This document shows positions 52,300-64,000 of a stretch of 64,000 nt of DNA, one piece after another (position 1 is the stretch's first letter; every line of letters begins with the position of its first letter). The translations under genes were made by a program, and so were the position numbers. Under the pieces are notes generated by a model. That model saw nothing but the letters and a program-made list of their open reading frames with translations, was not told where the DNA came from and did no database searches. Source of the stretch: Laetmonice hystrix (lineage: Eukaryota); the NCBI GenBank assembly GCA_965235115.1, contig OZ249436.1, positions 59,148,001-59,212,000 on the forward strand, in the 5' to 3' direction.

Positions 52300-54766
52300 T
52301 CCAGCCAACCTGTTTCCACTGGAGAGTAGATCGCAGCGCCAACTGCCCACGACCTAATCATTCTTCGTGCGTTACTGCACGAACCAATCAGATTACAGCA
52401 CTGTTTGATGCCGCTACTAATAAACATTAGCTTGCATTTCTGGTTAGCCAATAGGAACATCCCCAACAAAGCTGTTTCAAGACGGCCTATAAAAGATTAA
52501 ACCATAATATCAAGACTGACAACAAAATCCATATTGAATAATTTCACATGGACATTGTTAAACCATAAATCCATAGACAGTTTCAGCATTCCCCCTCAAA
52601 TCAGCGATAAAATCCTTAAAACTGAAAAAGTTCCCCCATCTCAGCATGGAAGTTGTAATTCATAACGGTCTGTAAAAAGTAATTGCGATTACCGGTCAGT
52701 GTTTGTTACTTCTATTACAGCTGATGATGACATCTGGATGTGATCGCTGAAGACAACTACCTTCTGGTACGGGGATTTGCATTACGGGAGATAACATTAA
52801 AGATTCAATACGTGGTTCACATCAGAAGGGAACCAGTAGTGCAATGTGGCAAGTCTCTTTGAGCTCGTTTTAATGATAACAGATGCCTGGCTATTCCACG
52901 TTCCTTTAGAATAACTACTGATAATTAACATCATTACATGTGCTCTGATCACATACCGCAATCAATTCACCTATGCATGTTCCACCCTCAAACACAAGCC
53001 GTCCATTTGTTCTGCATTCTAACAAAAGCCTCCAACATAAATTGTAACACAGAGCCAATAAATCCTTACAGGAAGAGTAGAACATGGCTGTTTAATAAAG
53101 GCATGTGCATGAATATTTGAATCAGCAAACACTGTGCAGTAATTACAATGGTTTGACAAGGAACCGATCCATCATTCATCAAAAATGTGGCCAAATTAAA
53201 GTTTAATGGAACTTAAGCTCAACACCGCTGAACCTATTGTCCACAGGATGCATAAGAAAGGCATTTACAAGCGTGTGATAGTTGTCATAAACAGGTGGGA
53301 TATCATAAAGTAAACGTATGCTGTGATGAGGCGCCCATATTTGATACGCTGGGAAACAGAGAGAGGATCTTGGCCCACTTGGAGTTGAGGTTGGTAGTTG
53401 TAGTAGTAGTGTGCCCGGTAGGTGTCCGTGTGGTGGGGGCCTCCCATTATCTGTATCACCAGCGTGCCATCAACCTCCACCAATAACTACTGCCTCCTCC
53501 ATCATTATCCTAGCATCCCGGCTCCCATACCACCGACTTCGTCAGCACTATTGACATCGAAACACAATGCCTGGTCTAACAAACAACACCGGAATCCATA
53601 CCACCTGGCAGGACAATCACGTCACTGTTAGCAGGCCAGAACAAAGCCTGTATAAGCTATCCGGCAGTTAAAATCCAGCCTCTAATACAAACATCCATGA
53701 TTGTTTGACAATGATATCAATCATTGTGATATAATGGGATGAAGAAGTTCTCTCGTCTTTCCAGTTAATACTTTCTCAACATTGACCTTTTATCTGAATC
53801 ATGTGCAAGATGTGGGAAAGTGAAAACAAACTTTTCTTTGCGTCTAAAGTGTCTACATCAAGACACTCTGCCGCAAAATATCAACGTCAGTGCTGTCTTT
53901 TCATTTAGGATACAAGGGTAAAATAAATAGGGGTCTCTTCATTGAAATAGATTTCTAAATACTGGCGCCAAAGGGGGGAAATACTTACCAGTCTCTCCGA
54001 AAAAAATCATATTTAGACTACCTCGTCCAGTCCATACGGCAATATAATACACACTTCTGTAGCTTATACATAGTGTTGAGCGCGTAGCTTTCTGGCAACT
54101 CTTGATGTAAAACATCCTCTTAGTGCAGGGACTGCTGACATTGACGTAATGTCGGGTTTTATCATAATATCAAGTACATGTATAACAATAGGCGAATATT
54201 ACAAGTCTTTTACCTTTGAATTATTTCTAGGCATGTTAAACTGATTAACAAGAGGAAATGGGATGAATGATTGCGTGCAATCATGGTGACTAGTTACGTT
54301 TTGTGAAGATTTTACGATATGCGATAGGCCTACTACAAGCTATTCTCGTTGGGTATCATTAGATATTATCAAATTATATTGAAAAAGAGACCACCGTGAC
54401 CTTGACCTTGGCCGAACAAACCTGATGGCAGGCCACTACCTTGTATGAGTTGCTTTGAATAAAATGCCACCCAATTTTGACAATTTTCCTATATTTCCCC
54501 CAAATGCTTTCAACATCAAGCAGAAACGATATCATAGCCCTAATACCTGCCTTTTAGCTGAGAAAAGAACAATAATCTGGTTTGTGATTCTCAAAGTGCG
54601 TGCTTGACAGTAAACTGTTATACTTGTAGGGACGGACGTAACCGCGGGACTAAAGGGTATGGTTAAGATAGTATCCCCCCCCCACATACACACACCCACA
54701 TTTCATAGGGTGGACATAATCTTAGTAATGACCCCTTAAAACAAAAATAATTATCGCCACTTCCAA

Positions 54767-54918
54767 CCCTTAATGTAAAAAAATGACATTAAAGGTTACG
54801 TTTTAGCCCTTAATGCAAAACAGTTTTACATTAAAGGTTAAGTTGTAATTCTTAATGTAAAAACCTACAATAAGGGTAACGGTGTGACCCATAATGTAAA
54901 TTTACTTTATATTAAGAG
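54767..54918. repeat. Four tandem about 40-bp palindromic units (CCCTTAATGTAAAA ... TTTTACATTAAAGG)
   Basis: Forward motifs at 54767, 54807, 54851 and 54888 alternate with reverse-complement motifs at 54785, 54824, 54866 and 54907. Probably part of a decayed MITE. Confidence 0.75.
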
Positions 54919-57900
54919 AAATTTTCACAAAAAGGATTGCCACGCTTTCACTCACCGACAAAACGGGTCATAGTCTCAGTCAATGCAAGCCCGCAAACTC
55001 GCAGGCCCCTTTAAGCTATCAAGTATCATGTCAGTGCTCAGATGGTGACCCAAACTTGTGAATTCTTTTAACATTGTCGGCCTAACATAAAGAATAAAGG
55101 ACCATCCGGGTGGCATTACATGTCCGCTCACTCGACTGCGGAAGACACAGATGTACGATTGACCGAGGCCAGGACCCCTGTCGCCCCGCCAAACCAGCCT
55201 AAGGCTGTCCCGTGCTTGCCCTGCCTTGTAGCTGACAAGTGGTCGTTGTTCTTACCATTTACTTTTGTTCTTTTCTCTATTTTTATTCCAAAGACCTCCT
55301 CCTAATTGTCTGCAAACGTTCTTTGTAACTCGGGGATCATACCACTGGAACGCTGCCAACAAGGGCTTGTCACTGACAAACGAGAAAGGAAAGATCTCTT
55401 TATTTCATGCAAACATCTTTTTCCCCTGCACAGTAGATGGCCCTCCAAGTACAGAATCTCAAATATATAATAATTTGCCGCGTTTATGCATTATAAAGAA
55501 CACTCAGATTCTGTGTGTGTGTAGGCCTAATCCTCGTTAGAAGCAAGTAACTGTCACATCCAACGGCCACAGTTGTACGTCGGGACACCACAGATCAGGG
55601 CTCTCGGAACCACTGACTTGGTCCAAGTATAGCAAGGGGCGCGCTCAAGTGAATGATTGAGGCCCGCTGATTGTGACGAAAGGCAGTTGGTTCGGCACAT
55701 GGCCATCAGCTTTGCTTGGTCTTGATGCCCCTACTGCCAGGTAAACAAGCAGACACTTGACAGCACACCTATAGATCAAGCCATTTGTTGACTTCCCCTG
55801 CCTCTTATTACCTCCACAGGCCTGGTGATGGACAGCCAATGGTAAAAGGTCTCTAGCTCTAAGCAATGCTGGCATCTGTCTTCAGCGCCACGGGATCTTG
55901 TGAGTCCATACAGATGTTTAAGAACAAATCTCGCCCTACCTTTCATCTGCACGATAAACGCTCACTCGCCTCTAAGATTTTGTCTAAGAATGAAAACTCT
56001 GCCTTATCCCAGGACTAGACTAGACTCCAGAAACATGCATTTAATCTGACTGAGAAAGACCCTTATAAGAACTTCCTTAATCTGTCTATAATCTCCCCCT
56101 CTGGCGAACGAACAATCTGCTTCAGGAAATATTTACATAAGAAGGGAGGGTTTCTATCCTTAGTTAATTTTCCATTTCCCTTGCATAAATATTGGCGTTG
56201 ACTCGGTAAGCTGTTTGTTCAGTGATTTGCAAGAGTATTTCATCCTAAGTAACTTTCTTCCCCCCAGAAGGGTTCGCCCAGAAGAGAGTACATCTTGTTA
56301 TTAAAGTGCTGTTCAGGCCGTGCAGGCTGGAAACACGTGTGTCTCTACTCTTCCTTTCAAGGTGATCTTTTTATTGAGAAACAGTAAATCCTGCTAAGAT
56401 CAGATTCAGCATCAACAGATATCCAGCAACAGACTGGCACGGTGCTCCTCCAGCACACTGATATATCGGTCTGCTGATAGCAATAACATACAGTAATCCA
56501 CTGCCCCTTGTCAGTTACCGCCAGTTTTATCGAATCGGTGGCCAATCTTCATCTATGTTTATTGACACCGAAATACCACTCAAACCATCTGATGTAAATG
56601 TCTCAGAGGGCTTTCCACTCACGGTGGCCATCAGTCAGCTTTCAGTTTTACTTGCGGCTAACATATAGGGTGGAGTCCTAGTAGTGTCATTCGGGCCGCT
56701 TTCCGACTGTAAGTTATCAAGAATGCCTATAAACACCATATAATCTTCCTTAGTGGTTAATTGTAATGTGACTATTACCAGTAAACCAGAAAAAAATAGA
56801 TCTAGCCTCGCCAACATAATTCGTTACAGTTCGTTAGACTCGCACAACACCATGCCTATCAAATTACAAGCGTAAATAGATATCGCCAACTACCGGCTTG
56901 CCATCATGACTTTAGTTCTGTGTATTTTATCAGCTTTGCGATCCTAGATCCTAATGAATGCTTTGAAAGAATCTTGGACAAATCTGAGGTGACCTCTGGG
57001 TATTTGATCTGGCACCAGCTACATCGATGCTTCATGCTCTTCTGTTTGTCTTGCAAGCCAAGCCGGTTGGTGCGGCTCCAGAATCAATGCTGAATGGTGC
57101 AATTACCGTGCGTCACATTGACCAACTGTGTTGTTGGCCCTGGCCATTCGACGGGGGTTCAAGGACCCACAGACATCTCCTACTACCGCCAGAATGGTCA
57201 CGTAATTAAAAACAATGCTAACCTTCAAATAATCAATACCTTCAGAACATTTAGTTTGTTTTACCAAGGTTACTGTTGGAACAAACTTGTAGCACAGATG
57301 AAGCAGCGACCATATAATGCATGACCTTGAAGTAGACTGTGAGGAATGTTATAACCGGTTTATAACCGTGAGAAGTTTTATTCTGTTTCTCCTTAATCAT
57401 AAGTTTAAAATGAAGGTCCGTAACTTACAAAGCGCTAAAAAATGCATGGGCTAAAGAAATCAAAATTATTGTTTTGAATAAAAATTTATTATTTTCAACT
57501 ATCAAGTCAGAGTTTAAATGAGGATAGTATCGTTTCCTTTGGCACTCAATATCACCGACTTTCACCAAACTACCCATTCGTACTACCGACACAAACGTAT
57601 ATTTTGTAAGGTTGACAGGGCAGTAACGATGTACATACACTTTATGTTGCGAGCTTTCATCAGAACAAGTACTTCAGAACTCTCATCATGACTATGTTGA
57701 CACTCAAAATATGGCAGAAACCAGTGCATGACAATGTGATTCAAACGCGACTGCCTTAAGCCTTTGATCAAACCGGAGTTAGGTTCAGATCTCTGGTTGA
57801 TCCATATACATATATGGCTGGAAGGCCAGTGACATATACGTCCTACCTGCTCAACAGAGAACAAGGTACCGCACTGTCACTGATACAAAACCCTTGGTCA

Positions 57901-58190
57901 GGAACATCACGATACACAATGGATAAAAACAGAACTTTTACTATCAGATCACCAGAGATGATTTTATGGCCTATAGGAACGCATGTACAGGTATAAAGAA
58001 GTGAAATTCCCCAGATGTATGTACAGTGGACTCTGTTCCCCTTTAGCCCCTTTAGTGTTTGTTTCCCTTTAGACCGAATGACTTGTAGGTTGATGGACCA
58101 AGACAAGAAGATAAACACTAAATCCCCACTGCCTACCTCAGCCTTCTCCCTTCTGAGGCACTTTTTAAGACACCGCCGTCTTATATAATA

Positions 58191-58441
58191 CAAAGGCGGA
58201 TCCAGGGGGGACAAGGGACACGTGCCCCCTTTAATTTCCCTAATTCTTAGTTATATAATCATTTTAAAATAGTCCTATTTAGATTAGACACACAACATCA
58301 TGAGTGCGCATGATGAAGCAAATGGTTGTAACTTATGACACAGAACTCCTACATACAACAAAAGAGCTTAGTAACGCAAACAATCATGCATTTTATTCCT
58401 GTGCACCCCCCCCCCTTAGTGAAATCCTGGATCTGCCAGTG
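58191..58441. mobile_element. 251-bp MITE with GGATC-core TIRs (same type as 19486-19601)
   Basis: Left CAAAGGCGGATCCAGG (58191-58206), right CCTGGATCTGCCAGTG (58426-58441), 13/16 matching, with G-rich and C-rich subterminal tracts. No clear TSD. Confidence 0.7.
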
Positions 58442-59562
58442 ATAAAACCATAAACTTTAGCAATCTGCGTATAAGCAAAAAGTTCTTAAATATTTTCTAT
58501 GGTTTTACTTTTTCAATTTAATATAGCAGGCAGGAAAGTTAACTTTATTTTATTCAGGTGATTCTTTGTAAAATGGGGGGGGGGGAATAAAAGAAAATAT
58601 TTCACGGAAAATATGAAGAGACATCTTACAATGACATACCCCTCCCTCCCCCTACATGCCATATCCACAATGATGGTCTATTCACGCCTATCTTACCAAT
58701 AAATTGCTTCTTCGTCGTAGTAAAGGACTACGGCTAATTTTGGAGGGCACATTAAGTTTTCTGAAAAAAATGAGTAATATTGATGAAGCACAAAGGCTGA
58801 ACTTTCATTCCACTCGTCGTTTCTACTTAAAGGTGGACGGGGTTCCATCAGCTGGCAGTCTTTATTAGGGCACAGCCTTTCCAAAGTCCACATCACCATC
58901 AAGCATAATGGGCAAAGAATGTAAGGGGAGAAGGCAGTGCACTTGATTATATTCGCACACTATGCCTGTATGGTGTTTCTTTGGCTCGGCAACCTAACAT
59001 AGGGCATGTTGAGGTGCATGACTGGGCTCGGTTCCCATCTCACTCTGTACAAGAGAGATGGCATTGCTGCCCCGCTGTCAAGGATCCTACTAATGGGGCT
59101 GGTCCCAGAGGCCCTCGTCTAGTGGTAACCGTACGCACTGATTAACTGTAGAAAGACAAATCAGGTTACACGACAGCCACAGCAGCCGGACCGTCTCTCA
59201 CATTGCTACCACTCCTTTTTGTCATATACAGCTAGCTCCCCACGCAAATATTTACATACAAAACTAAAAATACAAAGGATCATATTGCACATTACTTGAA
59301 AAGGTTCGTAGTCAAAGGTTCCATTCAACAAAATGTGTTGCCTGTACTGTCTGAATCAAGGCCTACGTTACAGGTCGGTGGTCTGAATCTACACGTTAAA
59401 GAATATAATACGGGCAGTGAAGGCGGACCCAAAGGTCTGGAAATCACATTTTATATCTTCTTGTTAAACTGGACAGTTATGGCCTGGCCGCGCCTTATTA
59501 AAGCCCCATTTCACATCTCTGAGAACTCTGGCGAACTTTCTCTGATAGAAAGGCAGCATATT

Positions 59563-59639
59563 GCATGTTTGGGAGGTCAAGTCAGCATGGTGCATGTTTA
59601 GGAGGTCAAGTCAGCATGGTGCATGTTTGGGAGGTCGAG
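59563..59639. repeat. Tandem repeat, about 2.6 x 29 bp
   Basis: GCATGTTTGGGAGGTCAAGTCAGCATGGT starts at 59563 and 59592, with a partial copy at 59621. Confidence 0.9.
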
Positions 59640-59844
59640 CAGCACAAACTTTTTTCACCTACAACACGTGAACGTGCGCACATGTGCCCCAATTCGAACG
59701 TCAAACACGCGCCTTTTCTTCAAACATCCGCGATATTGAATAATAATATTATTTATTATATGTTGTTAGGTGTGAGAAGGACCTAGCTCGTTTGCAAAAT
59801 GTCACAAAGAAAAATATAATAAATCCCATTATTGCATAATGTCT

Positions 59845-60112
59845 TTTATCGTACTTTGTCCGGTGAGAGAGAAAACCTAGCTCGTTTGCTAAATGGTGGT
59901 AAAACAAAAACCAAGGGTGGTGGTAAAAGGTCATTTAATAATGACTTAAAACATATGTACACTTTTTGTGACTGGGGTTGACATGTTAGAGCTATGGAAA
60001 TAGTTGGTGCCGCCAGGGGGCGGCATAGTGGGTGAGAGATATAACGGTAGAGTCAAACATAACCACCTCCCAAGTCCAATAAATTACATTATGGCTATAA
60101 TGTTGTATATAT
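59845..60112 (+). mobile_element. Partial copy of the internal region of the element at 63100-64000
   Basis: 59845-59918 equals 63682-63755 (74/74) and 59984-60112 matches 63813-63941 (127/129), same orientation. Confidence 0.9.
60010..60023 (+). promoter_or_regulatory. CTCF-consensus motif inside a repeat
   Basis: CCGCCAGGGGGCGG matches the CTCF core CCRSYAGRKGGCRS. Motif match only; binding not shown. Confidence 0.45.
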
Positions 60113-60134
60113 GCAGTGTCAGGTTCGCATGGAA

Positions 60135-61087
60135 GTCTGCCCTGTGAAGATTGCTTGGGTCACATATTGTCATGTTTCGGTCTGCCCTGTGAAGATTGCT
60201 TGGGTCAGTTATTGTCATGTTTCGGTCTGCCCTGTGAAGATTGCTTGGGTCAGTTATTGTCATGTTTCGGTCTGCCCTGTGAAGATTGCTTGGGTCAGTT
60301 ATTGTCATGTTTCGGTCTGCCCTGTGAAGATTGCTTGAGTCAGTTATTGTCATGTTTCGGTCTGCCCTGTGAAGATTGCTTGGGTCAGTTATTGTCATGT
60401 TTCGGTCTGCCATGTGAAGATTGCTTGAGTCAGTTATTGTCATGTTTCGGTCTGCCCTGTGAAGACTGCTTGAGTCAGTTATTGTCATGTTTCGGTCTGC
60501 CCTGTGAAGATTGCTTGGGTCAGTTATTGTCATGTTTCGGTCTGCCCTGTGAAGATTGCTTGGGTCAGTTATTGTCATGTTTCGGTCTGCCCTGTGAAGA
60601 TTGCTTGGGTCAGTTATTGTCATTTTTCGGTCTGCCCTGTGAAGATTGCTTGGGTCAGTTATTGTCATGTTTCGGTCTGCCCTGTGAAGATTGCTTGGGT
60701 CAGTTATTGTCATGTTTCGGTCTGCCCTGTGAAGATTGCTTGGGTCAGTTATTGTCATGTTTCGGTCTGCCCTGTGAAGATTGCTTGGGTCAGTTATTGT
60801 CATTTTTCGGTCTGCCCTGTGAAGATTGCTTGGGTCAGTTATTGTCATGTTTCGGTCTGCCCTGTGAAGATTGCTTGAGTGCTTGAGTCAGTTATTGTAA
60901 TGTTTCGGTCTGCCCTGTGAAGATTGCTTGAGTCAGTTATTGTCATGTTTCGGTCTGCCCTGTGAAGATTGCTTGGGTCAGTTATTGTCATGTTTCGGTC
61001 TGCCCTGTGAAGATTGCTTGGGTCAGTTATTGTCATGTTTCGGTCTGCCCTGTGAAGACTGCTTGAGTCAGTCATTGTAATGTTTCG
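60135..61087. repeat. Minisatellite, 21 x 45 bp
   Basis: Unit GTCTGCCCTGTGAAGATTGCTTGGGTCAGTTATTGTCATGTTTCG. 21x45 plus one 8-bp duplication (GCTTGAGT, unit 17) gives 953 bp, matching the span. Confidence 0.98.
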
Positions 61088-61358
61088 AGCGGACTTGGAT
61101 GCGAACTTCCAAGCAAACTTTCTGAAGTTAAACTTCACCAGCAATGCCACTGATCATAAATCATTAAATTCATCGTCTGAGGGTATTGGGCCAGTGGGTG
61201 GTTACCCCTGACTCACTTATGGCCACAAAAAGGTACTCAAGGAAGCTACTCGAGTTTAAAAAACTTAGTGAATAGAAGTATAAAACTGATCAGCCAAACG
61301 TATTAACACACACCCCTACTGGTGGATATAGGCTTAGCCCTCCTAATGGACAGAGCCC

Positions 61359-61451
61359 TTTTGTTTTTGTTGTTTTGTTCTGTTTTGTTTTTTGTTTTGA
61401 GTGTGTGTGTTTTTGTGTGGTTGGTATTTGTTTATTTGGGGTTTTTGGGGG
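61359..61451. repeat. Low-complexity T/G-rich tract
   Basis: Degenerate TTTTG and TG repeats. Confidence 0.8.
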
Positions 61452-63099
61452 ATGGGGAGTTTCAGTAAAAGATAAAAAAGCGAGGTAAGCGCATACATAC
61501 GAGATTTAAGAATTTCATAGTTATGTGAACGACATGTTCTCATATTTCCTTGCCCTGATACCCACATAACCTGTCCATCAATACACACCACAGCCAAAGA
61601 ACCACCGATTACACAAACAAAAGCAAACACCCCATTCCCTGGCCGACCTAATGTGGGGTATCAACGGGCGCCTACGGAACGCTGTTATACGCCGAATTTC
61701 GACACTGACAATCCCCGATGGATTTTATGAGTCTCTCATCTGGCACGGTGGTTAATTACACGAGGGCGGGGTAGTTGTGGTGTGACTACCCCGGTGAGAA
61801 CACTGCCACGTGTGGCTGAGTGGAGATCTGCGTGGGCCACAAAGTGAAGTTGACGAGTTCCCAGCACTCTGTGGAGATTGAAGCAGTGGCTTTGAGGGCA
61901 GTACATGCTTCATACCATGACGTGCCAGCACGTGGAGAAATGCCAGCGTTCACAGGCAGAGAGCCTATACAATATACGGGGGTGTAGGACGTTGGGTGGC
62001 TGGGACATAGGCTGATGTGGATATTAAATTAGTAGTCTATCAACACTGATTGAACATTTCTAACGGGTAATAACGTTCATCCGTTGCGACTCGGCGATTT
62101 TAGTGAACCAAACTGAATCTTGCGAGGTTACTGACTCCGTTATACTAATGTATAATGCGACAATAAAAACATCGGCGGAATTATTTCAATTACTTTAATC
62201 TAGAATTAGTTTGTTCTCGTGCGGTTGTTTGACACCATTGTCAGGTTTGACACGTTTTTAAACATTTGAAAGTCTCATCTCACATAGCGGATGAACAAGA
62301 TTAGATCATCTTTGTATTATTTCTATTAATTGCATGGCAGCATCACTTTCCTATTGAAGACATTTTGACACGCCCGTTTCCATGAGGTCGAACGCCAAAA
62401 AGAAAAAATAAAGAGCAGTACTTAAATATCAGCTCACGGCCACCTAATCCTGCCTTTATGCTAACAGGTAAAACACCAGAGCATTAGTTTCCACGAAGGC
62501 TGGCTCATTACCTTCTTTGAAATAATGAAAAGCATCGCGTTTAAAATCCACTGCCGACTCTTCAGTTCTGTGAAGACATGGGTTGACTCTGTCTGATACT
62601 GGCTGTCCTGTGTCTTCCTGCTCAATTATTTTGGTATACTTACCAGTTGTTCTGATATTGCAAGTTAAAGGGCTGCAGTACCCCTAAAGAATACCAAAAC
62701 TGAATTATGGGCAATATAATATGATTTAAGCATTTTGCTGGGGCTAGCTGACAAAAAAAATGCTGGAATTTCTGGTATTACCCTGAGGTTTTTAATTTAT
62801 TTATTTAAACTCGTTCCGGAGGGATGGGGGCAAAAACAACAGGATCCGCCAGCAATGTCCACAATGGGATAAAAGGAGGATTATTCTCGCCCCGAATATG
62901 GTCATGGTATATTTCTGCTGCCAGCGTGTCAAATCACTACCGACTTATTTCAGTTTGCCATGCTTTCCAGAAACCGGTCTGTCAGTATCTCTCCTTTAAT
63001 CTATTTCGGTTGCTGTTGGATATTTGCATGTCTTGCAAAACTTTGAGAAAACATATTGTATAAGATCTAATTTAAGTTAGTTACACTCTCCAGCAATTG

Positions 63100-64000
63100 T
63101 ACGGAGCCCCAAAGTACGGAGTCCTTAAATGGGCATGTGGGAATTCTGAGGTATTATTTCGTTCCAACGAAATATATTTTGATCCTTCCAAATACATTTC
63201 GTTCTTCGAAATCAGCATCGTCCTTTCGAAATAGATTTCGTTCCCTCCAACTAGATTTCGCCCCCCCCCCCTAAATAGATTTCGTTCCCTCCAAATACAT
63301 TTCGTTCCCTCCAAATCAGATATATAATCATTGCTTTAAGTGACCTGTCATCATATTGTACCCGGCCCTCCTGCGCCGTTCTGTCAGAATTCGATTTGAA
63401 ATGAACTTTGAAATGATTTCCTAAAACAAATGAAAGAGACACTGCGTCTAGTAGGCCTAGTAGCATGTCAAGTTTTCATTCCGATCTACGTATTATGATA
63501 ATTTGTAATGGCATCAAATAAATTGTAAACAAATACACATGTGTTTACAGAAAATACTGATAATAACGTAATAACACAACGTAAAGGGCCGGGTAAAAAA
63601 GTGTATGCTGATGTTGAACAAAATAAGGATAATTGGAAATGAATTTCGAGGGAATGAAATATTTTTCGAGAGAACAATATATTTATCGTACTTTGTCCGG
63701 TGAGAGAGAAAACCTAGCTCGTTTGCTAAATGGTGGTAAAACAAAAACCAAGGGTTGATTGGCTAATCAGAGGGTCACGAAGAGGTTGGTGCCGCCAGGT
63801 GGCGGTATAATTTGTTAGAGCTATGGAAATAGTTGGTGCCGCCAGGGGGCGGCATAGTGGGTGAGAGATATAACGGTAGAGTCAAACACAACCACTTCCC
63901 AAGTCCAATAAATTACATTATGGCTATAATGTTGTATATATTTGGAAGGATCGAAATATATTTCGATGGAACGAAATAATATCTCAGAATTCAGACATGT
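63100..64000. mobile_element. Non-autonomous DNA transposon with long TIRs (IS3EU-like TAYGG terminus, unconfirmed); right end runs off the window
   Basis: Begins TACGGAGCCCC (63100-63110). 63133-63197 is the reverse complement of 63936-64000 (58/65). Subterminal ATTTCGTTCCCTCCAAAT repeats lie at about 63190-63320. The right terminus projects to about 64033. Confidence 0.75.
63792..63852 (+). promoter_or_regulatory. Two tandem CTCF-consensus motifs inside the element
   Basis: CCGCCAGGTGGCGG (63792-63805) and CCGCCAGGGGGCGG (63839-63852). Motif match only. Confidence 0.45.

Noticed and set aside
96-63744. Remaining 60-130 aa ORFs in the track as genes
   Set aside because: Their length and density fit chance ORFs with alternative starts in six frames; none shows a recognisable domain or a consistent exon chain.

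Overview
This is a gene-poor, AT-rich stretch of eukaryotic nuclear DNA, about 40% GC by eye. It is probably from a marine invertebrate; an echinoderm-like deuterostome is my inference from the many poly-G/C runs and the excess of TAGGCCTA. There is no operon structure, rRNA, tRNA, true CRISPR array or recognisable intact protein-coding gene. The supportable content is repeats and mobile DNA: five long minisatellite arrays (59/47, 59, 34-35, 60-64/35 and 45 bp units); two short tandem repeats; several non-autonomous DNA transposons or MITEs (Kolobok-like with TTAA flanks, TAYGGAGCCCC-ended IS3EU-like pieces, two GGATCC-core MITEs, a hAT-like MITE and a 76-bp-TIR foldback); perfect palindromes; and faint retroelement relics. 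The longest ORFs in the track (254 and 256 aa) are by-products of a 45-bp repeat. I found no well-supported novel biological system. The best leads are CTCF-consensus motifs carried and duplicated inside an IS3EU-like element, minisatellites joined to fragments of that element type, a 45-bp array bracketed by an inverted repeat, a palindrome cluster with recombinase-site-like geometry, a MITE with an unexpected 5-bp target duplication, and one unexplained 174-aa ORF. All family names come from recalled terminal signatures, not database searches.
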